From NCBI GenBank assembly GCA_964632315.1, contig CAZWEM010000030.1, forward strand, positions 1 through 55,434: a DNA stretch of 55,434 bases, read 5' to 3'. The position numbers were made by a program, and so were the translations under genes. The DNA comes from an uncultured archaeon. GTDB taxonomy: Archaea; Asgardarchaeota; Lokiarchaeia; Sigyniarchaeales; SOKP01. The notes beneath the pieces are model-generated. The model saw only the letters and a list, made by a program, of their open reading frames with translations, had not been told where the DNA came from and searched no databases. Of this stretch, positions 19,223 to 28,477 are shown piece after piece; position 1 is the stretch's first letter; every line of letters begins with the position of its first letter.

Positions 19223-20815
19223 TTAATTGAAGTATTTAAGTATGAGTTTGCTTGCATCTTGGAATGGGTTAATTTTTCCTCGAAATGTTACAAGTTCTTT
19301 TTCAAATTTCTTTTCAAAAGCTTTAGTAAAGAGTTCTAATTTCTTGAATAAAATAGGTAAGTTTTTTGTCGCAATTAACGCAATGATAATGGATTTTCCA
19401 TATGAAAAGTAAATTTTTACACCCTGTTTATCGATTATGCGAAGATTTTTTTGCTCGTTTGTTATTTCTGAGAGTAAACTTAATATCCCTGAAAATCCTC
19501 CTGCGATTAGATCTTCGCTTAGAACGCTAGAGCCTTCAGATTCTGGTCCGAATTTCAAGGAATATAAACAAACCGAAGCAGTATTGAAAACATAAATATT
19601 TTTTAATGAGTTTTTCCAATCAGATTCTCTGGCAGTCAGAATCTCTGGCAGGGGTATGATCCAAACAAGTAAAAGGATAAGTAAGAATGGTTTTAATCCT
19701 TCTAGAAATGCGGGAACCCAAAAGAAGAGGGTCGGGCTCCTCAAATATAAGTGAGTAAAGGAATAATTTGCTAGTAGACCAAAAATGAAACCTCCTAGTA
19801 ATGCAATTAAGAACAAACTAAGTAATCGTCCTCGGTAACGGATGCTATGTCTTTCTGTAGAAAAATCACCCGTGAATGTAAAAATGATCATGAATAATGT
19901 AGGAACAGTCACCCCAAAGAAGATAGAAATATAGATTTCATGATTATTTATCATTTTAGCAAAAAGTATAATTGCTGAAATAATGAGCACGGATGCAGCA
20001 AAGGTCCACTTCCTTCCCAAGTTATCCATAGAAATTCCAGAGATTAAGAACGAGCCAATAAATAGAATTACGAAGAGTGGAGTGATGATATTTAATCCGA
20101 ATTCTAAATTATATGAATTTCCAATTACGAACGCGAGAGTTAGAACAGCAAAGAAGTACCCAGTAATATGTAAAGAACCGAATATTTCATTAAACTTCAC
20201 ACTATTCTTTAATCTCTCTTTAGTTTCAATGTACTTGTATCCTCTCGCGATCCCAAAGAAAATGGTGGTTAGAGCTAGTTGCACTAAAAAAATGATAAAT
20301 ACGTAATTAATCGTGAATGTGATGAATAAATGAGAAATTATGAATGAAAGAAAGAAGGAATACCCAAGCAATCTTCCTCGATTGAGAATATTAGACTCAT
20401 GGAAGAGAATAACAATAAGATCTATTAGGAAAATTCCTGTAAAAAAAGTGACTAAAGCAAGGCCAATCAACATAAAGATTTCATCAAATAAGCAAAAGAA
20501 CATGCCTATTAAAGCACCCAATGAAGAGAATACAATCAGCTTGACTCGATTTTTTGTGAAATCTATTAAAAAACCTCCAAATAGAACAGAAAATAATATC
20601 ATGAAAATGATGGTAGCGTATATTGTTTCTACATTTAGGCTCCCGGAATAACTTAAAATTGAAGCTATGATGAAATTAATTGAAATAGCAGAAAAAATAA
20701 ATGATATTAGAAAATATAAGAATCCTCTGGCCGTTATAGCCATATCTCTGAGAAATAACTGTTTAAAATTGAGCCTTTTAGAATATTCGGATAAGATCTC
20801 CTCTAAATCCATCAT
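19223..20815 (-). CDS. MFS-like multi-TM protein fused to C-terminal longin-like domain
   Basis: About 12 TMs with MFS-like loops (GFLIDFTKNR, SMDNLGRK, RGR); C-terminal NIYVFN.ASVCLYS.KF...DLIAGGFSGI...FTKAFEKKF...F. Confidence 0.65.
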   Translation of the reverse strand: MMDLEEILSEYSKRLNFKQLFLRDMAITARGFLYFLISFIFSAISINFIIASILSYSGSLNVETIYATIIFMILFSVLFGGFLIDFTKNRVKLIVFSSLGALIGMFFCLFDEIFMLIGLALVTFFTGIFLIDLIVILFHESNILNRGRLLGYSFFLSFIISHLFITFTINYVFIIFLVQLALTTIFFGIARGYKYIETKERLKNSVKFNEIFGSLHITGYFFAVLTLAFVIGNSYNLEFGLNIITPLFVILFIGSFLISGISMDNLGRKWTFAASVLIISAIILFAKMINNHEIYISIFFGVTVPTLFMIIFTFTGDFSTERHSIRYRGRLLSLFLIALLGGFIFGLLANYSFTHLYLRSPTLFFWVPAFLEGLKPFLLILLLVWIIPLPEILTARESDWKNSLKNIYVFNTASVCLYSLKFGPESEGSSVLSEDLIAGGFSGILSLLSEITNEQKNLRIIDKQGVKIYFSYGKSIIIALIATKNLPILFKKLELFTKAFEKKFEKELVTFRGKINPFQDASKLILKYFN

Positions 20816-20996
20816 ATCACCCTGAGATTATCGTTACTTAACTTTTTTTTCATTATAACTGACAAGTGTTTACATACTTCCACAAGTATTAAGAGTTTAT
20901 TTAAGGTTAAATAAGAACAACCATGTATAATTAAATAATAGCAAATAATTGATATATTTATTTAAAGATAATTTATCATTTTAATCCAAAAATCGA

Positions 20997-22145
20997 ATGA
21001 TTTTACAAAATTTAGAATTCTGGGAATTTGTAGCTGAACTTTATAACACAACTCTATCTCTATTTTTCTTTATTCTTGCGCTTGTTTTTTTCTACATTGC
21101 TACTAAAGGGATGAGAGCAAAAAATAAGTATGGTGCAATTTCCACGGCAGTATGTGGTGGGGCGTTCATAGTTTTTGGTTATTATAATTCCGTATTTTCA
21201 TTCTTTCCTCATCCTTATAGTGGATTCATGGTTTGGTGGATAGGATTTAATTTGGCGTTAAACCTCATTTTTGCATATGCTGTTAGGCGTGACATCAGGT
21301 TAATGAGAGATGAGGGGGTTCCTCTAAGTAAGAATCGGACCAGATTGATAAATTACATCTTAAGAATGACTCGGACCGACCCATATAGTAAGGATATATC
21401 GATGAGGATGGAAGTCATTAGAAAGTCATTCCATTTATCTGGATTATTAATTTTGATTGCTTATTACGGTTTTTTCTTTATACCTCCCGTAACTCAACTG
21501 ATTAATGAAGGATTACTCATTGCATTACCTCAAATTGAGCCCGCATATAATGCTCTATGGGGACCTCTTTCGTTGTATCCCTATACATTTAGCTCTCATC
21601 AAGCAGTGGTAGATCTTACCATGATGGCATTAATAGGGTCTTTAGTTTTTGCAATCACTTCAGATATTCTGCGCATATTATGGGGTCCTGAATATTCAAT
21701 TTTTAATTTCATTACTCATTCAATGATTCGGCCAAAAGAGATAAATGCCGCGGGACCACAGATTTATATAATGGTAGGGTTCATCTTTTCTTACATGCTT
21801 TATTTGCTGGGATTTATAGCCATACGCGCTTATTTTGCGGGGATACTTATCGCTACTTTATCGGATGCAGCCGCAGCCTTGGTAGGTCGTGGTTTAGGGA
21901 AGCATAAAGTGAAATGTCCCAATTCTTCAGAAAAAACGATCGAAGGATTCATCGCGGGGGTGGTTCTTTCATACATTATCGGCTTAATCTTTGTAGGACC
22001 GATTTACGCCATCATTGGAGCAATAATTTTCTTCTTGACTGATTATTTTCCCACTGTCACTGCGGATAACATATTAAATCCAGTCTTTATCCCAATTGGC
22101 ATACAAGTATTTATTCTTATCCTTGGATTACCAATTGGATGGTAA
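20997..22145 (+). CDS. Dolichol/phytol kinase-like membrane protein (CTP_transf_1)
   Basis: EVIRKSFH, SDAAAALVGRGLGKH, KTIEGFIAG, DNILNP. Confidence 0.85.
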   Translation: MILQNLEFWEFVAELYNTTLSLFFFILALVFFYIATKGMRAKNKYGAISTAVCGGAFIVFGYYNSVFSFFPHPYSGFMVWWIGFNLALNLIFAYAVRRDIRLMRDEGVPLSKNRTRLINYILRMTRTDPYSKDISMRMEVIRKSFHLSGLLILIAYYGFFFIPPVTQLINEGLLIALPQIEPAYNALWGPLSLYPYTFSSHQAVVDLTMMALIGSLVFAITSDILRILWGPEYSIFNFITHSMIRPKEINAAGPQIYIMVGFIFSYMLYLLGFIAIRAYFAGILIATLSDAAAALVGRGLGKHKVKCPNSSEKTIEGFIAGVVLSYIIGLIFVGPIYAIIGAIIFFLTDYFPTVTADNILNPVFIPIGIQVFILILGLPIGW

Positions 22146-22179
22146 ATAACTATTATCAAACCTTTTGAGGAAATAAATC

Positions 22180-23010
22180 ATGCCAAAATTGATACAAGAA
22201 TTAGATAATATCAAACTTGCTATATTCGATCTTGATGGGGTTATTTATCGAGGAAATAGTTTAATAAAGGGAGTAAAGCAGGTAGTTAAGGATCTTAAGG
22301 ATCTATCGATTAAAGTTGTATACAATTCCAATAATTCTACTGCAACGAGAAGAAATTATGTTGATCGTTTGGAAGGGTTTGATATCGAGTGTTCTATAGA
22401 GGATTTTTACACTAGTGCTTCAATAGCATCTGTTGAACTAACAAAATTAAAGTCCAACTCTAAAATATACATTATTGGTGAGACTGGACTGCAAAAAGAA
22501 CTTGAAGCACGAGGACATGAGATTATTACTGAGGAATCACGTTATTTAGAAGTTGATTTCGTGGTGGTTGGACTGGATAGAAATTTCACATATCAAAAAT
22601 TAGCTGTCGCTCAACGTTGCTTGCTCCAGGGAAAAGCTAAATTTTATGCTACGAATGCGGATGCTACATTACCCGCTTCGACGGGTTTATTGCCGGGGGC
22701 AGGAGTAATGGTGAATGCTGTTCAAACTTGTACGAATATAAATCCAGAGAAAGTGTTTGGAAAACCTAATCCAGAGGGAATTGAAACTATCTTGCGAGAA
22801 CAAAATGTTGCTAAAGAGCAAGCTGTTATCTTTGGCGATCGTTTAGATACCGATATAGTCGCGGGTAATCGGGCAAATATATTCACCGTCATGATTTTAA
22901 CTGGAGTAACAACAGAAGAAATGGTAATAAATCTAAAAGGAGATTCAAAAGCGAATTCAAATCTCATTCCAGGATTGATTTTAAATTCCTTAAAAGAGAT
23001 CTTTATTTAA
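22180..23010 (+). CDS. HAD-IIA family hydrolase (NagD-like phosphatase)
   Basis: FDLDGVIY, SNNS, GKPNP, FGDRLDTDI. Confidence 0.93.
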   Translation: MPKLIQELDNIKLAIFDLDGVIYRGNSLIKGVKQVVKDLKDLSIKVVYNSNNSTATRRNYVDRLEGFDIECSIEDFYTSASIASVELTKLKSNSKIYIIGETGLQKELEARGHEIITEESRYLEVDFVVVGLDRNFTYQKLAVAQRCLLQGKAKFYATNADATLPASTGLLPGAGVMVNAVQTCTNINPEKVFGKPNPEGIETILREQNVAKEQAVIFGDRLDTDIVAGNRANIFTVMILTGVTTEEMVINLKGDSKANSNLIPGLILNSLKEIFI

Positions 23011-23086
23011 TATTTTAATTGTATCAACGCAACGAATTTCGAGTGCATAACTTTTTTTTATAATTCAATTTTTTTACTAAGAATAC

Positions 23087-23404
23087 ATGGAAAAGTTGGA
23101 TAATTTGAAAAGTTTAGATTGCATTGGAGAGATCGAGATAGTTTTGGAAGAAGAAAATATTAATTTTGTAAAAGAATTGTCCACTGAAATCATCAAGGCA
23201 AAGGGACAAAAAAAGAAAATCGAATATTATTCTGAAAAAGTAATTATTTTCTCATCTAAATATGATGCAAATATTGGTGAAGAACTTCAAGTCCTCGAAG
23301 TTTACTACCGTAAAACTAAGAATAAAGAATACTATTATATTCCAAATAGAACTTTAAACGCTTCATATTTACTATATCTTATAAATAAAGGAGAAAACGA
23401 ATAG
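23087..23404 (+). CDS. Hypothetical protein
   Basis: ATG ORF of 105 aa filling an intergenic gap; no recognisable motif. Confidence 0.6.
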   Translation: MEKLDNLKSLDCIGEIEIVLEEENINFVKELSTEIIKAKGQKKKIEYYSEKVIIFSSKYDANIGEELQVLEVYYRKTKNKEYYYIPNRTLNASYLLYLINKGENE

Positions 23405-23409
23405 ATATC

Positions 23410-23949
23410 TCATTGACTTGTCCTGTTAATCATCATTTTAGCAGTTTCATAAAAAATATCTCTTACATTTCGACCATCTTTAGATGAACATTCTACAAAT
23501 CCATAAAGATTATGCTTTCGTGCAATATCAAATGCTTCTTTGCTCGAGACCGCCCTTTTAAACTGAAGATCTAATTTTCCTCCAACCATGATTACGGGTA
23601 ACTGCTTGTTCTCATCCTTGCCTATATATCCATTTTTAAAAATTTCAATCCACTCATCGAAATTTTTTAAGCTAGAATATCGAGTAATGTCATACATGAA
23701 TATTCCTGCTGAAGCTCCCACTACATATCTTGGTAATAGAAATCTGAATCGTTCCTCCCCAGCAAAATCCCAAATTTGTAGAGAAACCCTTTTTCCGTTA
23801 ACATCTATTTTTTTAACGTGAAAGTCAACACCGATTGTAATTTGAGAATCAGTTTTAAATACTCCCGTTAAATATCTATTAAGAAGAGTAGTTTTCCCTA
23901 CACCTCCATCCCCGAATAAACAAATTTTATACATTAAATCATCAGACAT
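23410..23949 (-). CDS. Rab-like small GTPase (Ras superfamily)
   Basis: G1 GDGGVGKT, G2 TIGVDF, G3 WDFAGEERF, G4 GKLD, G5 ECSSK; SD AGGAGG. Confidence 0.93.
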   Translation of the reverse strand: MSDDLMYKICLFGDGGVGKTTLLNRYLTGVFKTDSQITIGVDFHVKKIDVNGKRVSLQIWDFAGEERFRFLLPRYVVGASAGIFMYDITRYSSLKNFDEWIEIFKNGYIGKDENKQLPVIMVGGKLDLQFKRAVSSKEAFDIARKHNLYGFVECSSKDGRNVRDIFYETAKMMINRTSQ

Positions 23950-24184
23950 CTCTTGCCCTCCTTCTAATCATTGTTATGTATGAAGATTAACTTTGTATTA
24001 TTATAATAGTTATTTAAATTATAAGACTCGGTTTTTAAAAATGAATCGAAAAGAATAAAGTATTGATCATTGATCATAAATTAGAGAAGAGAATTATAAG
24101 AAATTAATTAAATGAAGATTTACAAAATTACTTAGAATTGAACTTATTTCAATTTTGAACAATTTACAATAAATTGGGGATCTT

Positions 24185-25348
24185 ATGTCTACTAAAATAA
24201 GTATTGTGAACATTAATGATTTTGTTTCTGTACAAGAAGCAATTATTAAAGCACTTGAATTGATCGACTCAGATTTTAATTTTAACTTATTAAATTCAAA
24301 AGATATTTTGTTAAAACCAAATTTGTTAAGAGCAACTGAAGAAGCTTGTACTCAAGCAACATTTGTTGATGGAGTGCTTTCATATCTTAAGAAAAAAGGA
24401 GTTAATATGGAAAATGTTCGAATAGGTGATTCACCAGGTCAGATAAGGACAACGGCATCTAAAATTGCTCAGGAAGTAGGCATATTTCAAGTAGCAGAAA
24501 AGATGGGCGTACAATTTGTTGATTTTGAAAGTGATACACCATTTCATGAAATAGTGGAAGATGCACTTCACTTAAAAGATTATTACGTCTCAAAAGCGGT
24601 TAAAGAGTGCGATGTTTTAATAAATCTACCGAAGTTAAAGACCCATGGGGAAGCAACAATTACGGGAGCGATTAAAAATTATTGGGGGATAATCCCGGGT
24701 GGATTAAAAGCAAAATATCATCTCTTGGGGAAAAATCCAGAAAAATTTGGGGAAACGTTAGCAGATAACTATGCGTGGGTAGTTAAGAATAAGCCCAACA
24801 GGATTACTGTCTATGATTTGGAACGCGTCATGTATGGTACAATGGGTCCCGTTTCCGGACCAATGAAAGAATGGGGTTTAATTTTAGCTGGAACTGACGA
24901 ATTAGCCTTAGATCTTATTGCATTAGAGATCGGAAAATTTAAGGGTTTAAATTTCGTACCTCATTTAAAAAATGCAAGTGAGAGGGAATTAGGTATTCAT
25001 AATATCGATCAAATTGAGATTGTGGGGATCTCTCTCCAAGAGGCTAAAAATATAGCTCCCAAATTTAAAACACCAGGAAAATCCATGACTAGATTTGCTA
25101 GCATGATAACTGGAAAGATTGTATATAAGGTTACGAAAAAAATTCCCAAATTAAATAAAACCCTATGCAAAAAATGTGGTAATTGTAACGAAGTATGTCC
25201 AGCACAAGCAATTGAATTTGAAACAGGTGAATATCCCAGATTTCAAAGAGCTAAATGCATATCGTGTCTCTGTTGCATGGAAATGTGTCCACATCAAGCA
25301 ATTGAAACCAAAGCACGTGGTTTATCTGGACTATTTCATTCATATTAA
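24185..25348 (+). CDS. DUF362 domain protein with C-terminal 2x[4Fe-4S] ferredoxin
   Basis: LLKPNL, INLPKLKTH..TGAIKN.WG; CKKCGNCNEVCP and CISCLCCMEMCP. Confidence 0.9.
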   Translation: MSTKISIVNINDFVSVQEAIIKALELIDSDFNFNLLNSKDILLKPNLLRATEEACTQATFVDGVLSYLKKKGVNMENVRIGDSPGQIRTTASKIAQEVGIFQVAEKMGVQFVDFESDTPFHEIVEDALHLKDYYVSKAVKECDVLINLPKLKTHGEATITGAIKNYWGIIPGGLKAKYHLLGKNPEKFGETLADNYAWVVKNKPNRITVYDLERVMYGTMGPVSGPMKEWGLILAGTDELALDLIALEIGKFKGLNFVPHLKNASERELGIHNIDQIEIVGISLQEAKNIAPKFKTPGKSMTRFASMITGKIVYKVTKKIPKLNKTLCKKCGNCNEVCPAQAIEFETGEYPRFQRAKCISCLCCMEMCPHQAIETKARGLSGLFHSY

Positions 25349-25403
25349 ATTCACGTATGTTAAAAATTGGTTCTTATATCAATTAGAATATTTATTGATC
25401 TGA

Positions 25404-25796
25404 GTGAAGATTACTATGAGTAAAGATGTAATAACAGAGAAGTTGAAAGGTATAATTGATGAGATTAAAAATGTAGGGTCTCTTATTGGAGTTTTACTTT
25501 CAGATCGAGAGGGAACCCTCATCTTAGATAATGTAAGCATTGATTTTGACAAACCTAATTGCTCTTCAATGTGTGCTTCCGTACTTGAAAGTGCCTTAAC
25601 GTTAGGAAGGATTTCGGGAGATCAAAAAGTCGTAAAAGTTATTACAGAAGTAGAAGAAACCTCGATTATTATTTTAGAATGTGATGATAAACGATTTTTG
25701 ACGTTATTTGCAAATTATGAATCAAAAATCAATGTTTTACTTGGAGAGATTAAAGATTATATAAAAAAAATAGTATTGATATATGAATATGACTAA
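25404..25796 (+). CDS. Roadblock/LC7 domain protein (divergent)
   Basis: GVLLSDREGTLI...SSMCASVLESA pattern; about 125 aa. Confidence 0.7.
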   Translation: MKITMSKDVITEKLKGIIDEIKNVGSLIGVLLSDREGTLILDNVSIDFDKPNCSSMCASVLESALTLGRISGDQKVVKVITEVEETSIIILECDDKRFLTLFANYESKINVLLGEIKDYIKKIVLIYEYD

Positions 25797-25799
25797 AAA

Positions 25800-27062
25800 T
25801 TACTCTATATCAATTCTCTTCAGATATTTAATACATAATTCTAACATTTGACCTAATGCTTCTTTTTCAACAACTTCAGGGGTATCATTTCGGGTGTGAT
25901 AGAATGGAGCCAACTCAGAAACGAGGTCTAATCCTCCTAAGGATGCTACAGGAAGATTTTTTTTGCTAAATGCGGCAGCATCCGTAGCGCCAAAAGGAAG
26001 TGGTGCCAATTTCGTATTTGGATTCATGCTTTTTGCGATTTCATAGATTGGTTGATAGATTTTAGGATCATGTGTTGCTCCTATACCTGATTCTTTATCC
26101 AGAATAACTAAAGTATCTTTCTTTGCAATTCCATCCATATTAACTAGGATAGTTCCCGTTTGTTTTAATTCTTCATAATGCCTTTCAACATACCTTTTAG
26201 CACCTCTTAATCCAGATTCTTCACCAGCAAAAGAAATAAGTAGTACTTTCGTTTTCTTTGGAAAGTTTTCATCAGTTTTATGGTCATTGAGGTATTTACC
26301 TATCCCTAATACTATGGAAACCCCTGATAAGTTATCAAAAGCACCTAATACTGGGTTGTAGCTATGAAATAAGATGTAGATCAGAATTATCGGAGTAAAG
26401 CAAATAAATATAATTCCAAAGATAAGAAACAGAACAGGCAAATTGAAATTCAACAAATCAAAAACAAACTTCAACACAATTCCAATTAAAACAATTCCAA
26501 CTGCTAAATACCCAATATTAATAATGATTTGCCCAAATCGTTTCAAATAATAAAAAGTATTAAATTCAAACGCAGAATCATGATGGGCTGAAAAAATAAT
26601 GGTCTTCTCCGGTTTTTCCGAAGGATTTATTGTTCCAATGATATTTTTAGATTTCTTTTTTGGGAAAAGAAAATCAAATGCCTCATAATATTTCATCACT
26701 TCAAGAATGAAATAGCTAACGGTTAAGATAATAAGAGCTATTGAAAAAATTAAGAATAAAAAACCAAAACTTCTATTTAAAGGAATTATGTTCAGGTCAA
26801 TTAAGAAACTCATCCAGTATAAAACGATTGCGGCAAACACTAAGAAAGCACCATATCGAATTCCACCTAAAAATGCATGGGGACTACTGATATATTCTTC
26901 TTGGTGAGTTTCATCACAGAACTTTTTCATTTCGGATTCAATTTCATTACCAGCGAGTATTTCCTCTTCTGTACCTGATTCCCTTGGGCCAATCTCCTTG
27001 CATATCTTCTCAATAAATCCATGCATGTAATTATTTAAATTTTCACTTATCAAAATTTTCAC
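25800..27062 (-). CDS. M28 family membrane metallopeptidase
   Basis: SAHHDS, GAFDNLSGV, GEESGLRGA, VNMD, ATDAAAF, YHT..D; inserted TM helices. Confidence 0.9.
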   Translation of the reverse strand: MKILISENLNNYMHGFIEKICKEIGPRESGTEEEILAGNEIESEMKKFCDETHQEEYISSPHAFLGGIRYGAFLVFAAIVLYWMSFLIDLNIIPLNRSFGFLFLIFSIALIILTVSYFILEVMKYYEAFDFLFPKKKSKNIIGTINPSEKPEKTIIFSAHHDSAFEFNTFYYLKRFGQIIINIGYLAVGIVLIGIVLKFVFDLLNFNLPVLFLIFGIIFICFTPIILIYILFHSYNPVLGAFDNLSGVSIVLGIGKYLNDHKTDENFPKKTKVLLISFAGEESGLRGAKRYVERHYEELKQTGTILVNMDGIAKKDTLVILDKESGIGATHDPKIYQPIYEIAKSMNPNTKLAPLPFGATDAAAFSKKNLPVASLGGLDLVSELAPFYHTRNDTPEVVEKEALGQMLELCIKYLKRIDIE

Positions 27063-27127
27063 TAATAAAAGAATGTGTTAATTTTTGTTTAAAAAATAAT
27101 GAAGAAAATTTAAATATTGTTTTAAAA

Positions 27128-27244
27128 TCAGATCAGACTCATCCAATCAGGATTTATAACATCTAACTTTAATTTCCCACTTTCTAAAATTCTCTTCTTT
27201 TCTCTTTGATATTTTAATAATAGGTAATTTTCATTAAGCGTCAA
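27128..27244 (-). CDS. Putative 38-aa small protein (not in ORF track)
   Basis: TTG start 5 nt after AAGGTG; MTLNENYLLLKYQREKKRILESGKLKLDVINPDWMSLI. Confidence 0.4.
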   Translation of the reverse strand: MTLNENYLLLKYQREKKRILESGKLKLDVINPDWMSLI

Positions 27245-27336
27245 AAAGGCACCTTAAACCGGTTAGATAAATACTTGTAAACTCGAAAAAATAGTAAAAA
27301 TAAAATTATTTATCTTTAATGTTTCAAATAATGATT

Positions 27337-27861
27337 TTATTTCTTCGAAAAGAACAATAGTTTTTCTGCTTCCCTATTAAACTTAAAAAAATTCGATGAT
27401 GTAATTTTTGATATTAATTCTTCCTTAGTCGAATGATGATCATCTGCGATAAATAAACCATCTGTTTTAAGTAATCTATGGAATTCTGATAAATGTTTGG
27501 ATAAGTTAACCAAGTCGTGAATCACATCAAAACAATATATCTTATCGAGAGAGTTATCTGATAACGGGAGTTCTAAAGAAGTTATGAATGTTTCAATGTT
27601 AGATATTTGATCCTTCTTTATTTCTTTTTCTAAATCTTCAATTGCATATGGGCTTATATCCGCAGCATATATTTTTCCTTCATTTCCAACATGTTTTGAC
27701 GCTTCAATTGAATAACTTCCTGGTCCGCAACCGTAATCTAAAACTTTCTCTCCTTTCTTAAGATCAAGTAAATCTATCTTTTTACTAGGATGAGAAAAAA
27801 AGTCTCGAACCTTAAACGTAAGTGCCATCATTTTGTAGCCAAACTTATTTTCATGGGCCAT
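27337..27861 (-). CDS. Class I SAM-dependent methyltransferase (UbiE-like)
   Basis: VLDYGCGPG, YAADIS, LPLSDNSLD, EFHRLLK..G. Start reassigned to ATG 27861 to avoid overlap with the divergent gene. Confidence 0.88.
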   Translation of the reverse strand: MAHENKFGYKMMALTFKVRDFFSHPSKKIDLLDLKKGEKVLDYGCGPGSYSIEASKHVGNEGKIYAADISPYAIEDLEKEIKKDQISNIETFITSLELPLSDNSLDKIYCFDVIHDLVNLSKHLSEFHRLLKTDGLFIADDHHSTKEELISKITSSNFFKFNREAEKLLFFSKK

Positions 27862-27974
27862 AAAATCAACAAGATTAGTAAGTGGACTGATATTAAATTT
27901 AGGCGTGCCTAATTTATTAAGATTTTCATATTCACGTGAAAAACCTAATAATTCATGGTAATTTAGACTTTGAT

Positions 27975-28415
27975 ATGTCCCGAATTGAAAAAGCACTTTC
28001 ACAATTCGCAACAGGTTGTAATTGCTGTCAATCAATCACGACCGCTTTTGACCCAGATTATAATTTAGACAGTCAAAAAGCATTAAAGATTGGTGCAGCA
28101 TTTGGAGGAGGCATGTCTAGGCTAGGAAATACGTGTGGGGCTGTTTCTGGGGCTTTAATGATTATAGGAATGGCCTTTAGGAATGATGATCCAGAAGATT
28201 CGGATAATAAAGAACAAGTGTATGTGATCAGTCAAAGATTTTTAAATCAATTTATGGAAATCCATGGAACAGTGATGTGTAGAGACTTAATCGGGATCAA
28301 CTTGAATGATGAACAAGATTTAGAAAAAGCAAGGGAAGCTGGGATTTTTGAAGAAAAATGTCCAAACTTTGTTAAAACTGCGGCTCAGTTGCTTGAAGAT
28401 ATTTTAGAACAATAA
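27975..28415 (+). CDS. C_GCAxxG_C_C family putative redox protein
   Basis: GCNCCQS, FGGGM...TCGAVSG, C.DL.G, KCPNFV. Confidence 0.9.
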   Translation: MSRIEKALSQFATGCNCCQSITTAFDPDYNLDSQKALKIGAAFGGGMSRLGNTCGAVSGALMIIGMAFRNDDPEDSDNKEQVYVISQRFLNQFMEIHGTVMCRDLIGINLNDEQDLEKAREAGIFEEKCPNFVKTAAQLLEDILEQ

Positions 28416-28477
28416 ATTGAAATAGTAGCTTTAATTCTTTTTTTCACTTACTAACTATTAACATTTAAAGTTAAATC

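Noticed and set aside
27862-28035. 58-aa N-terminal extension of the methyltransferase ORF
   Set aside because: Overlaps the divergent C_GCAxxG_C_C gene and the shared promoter region; ATG 27861 gives a normal-length protein
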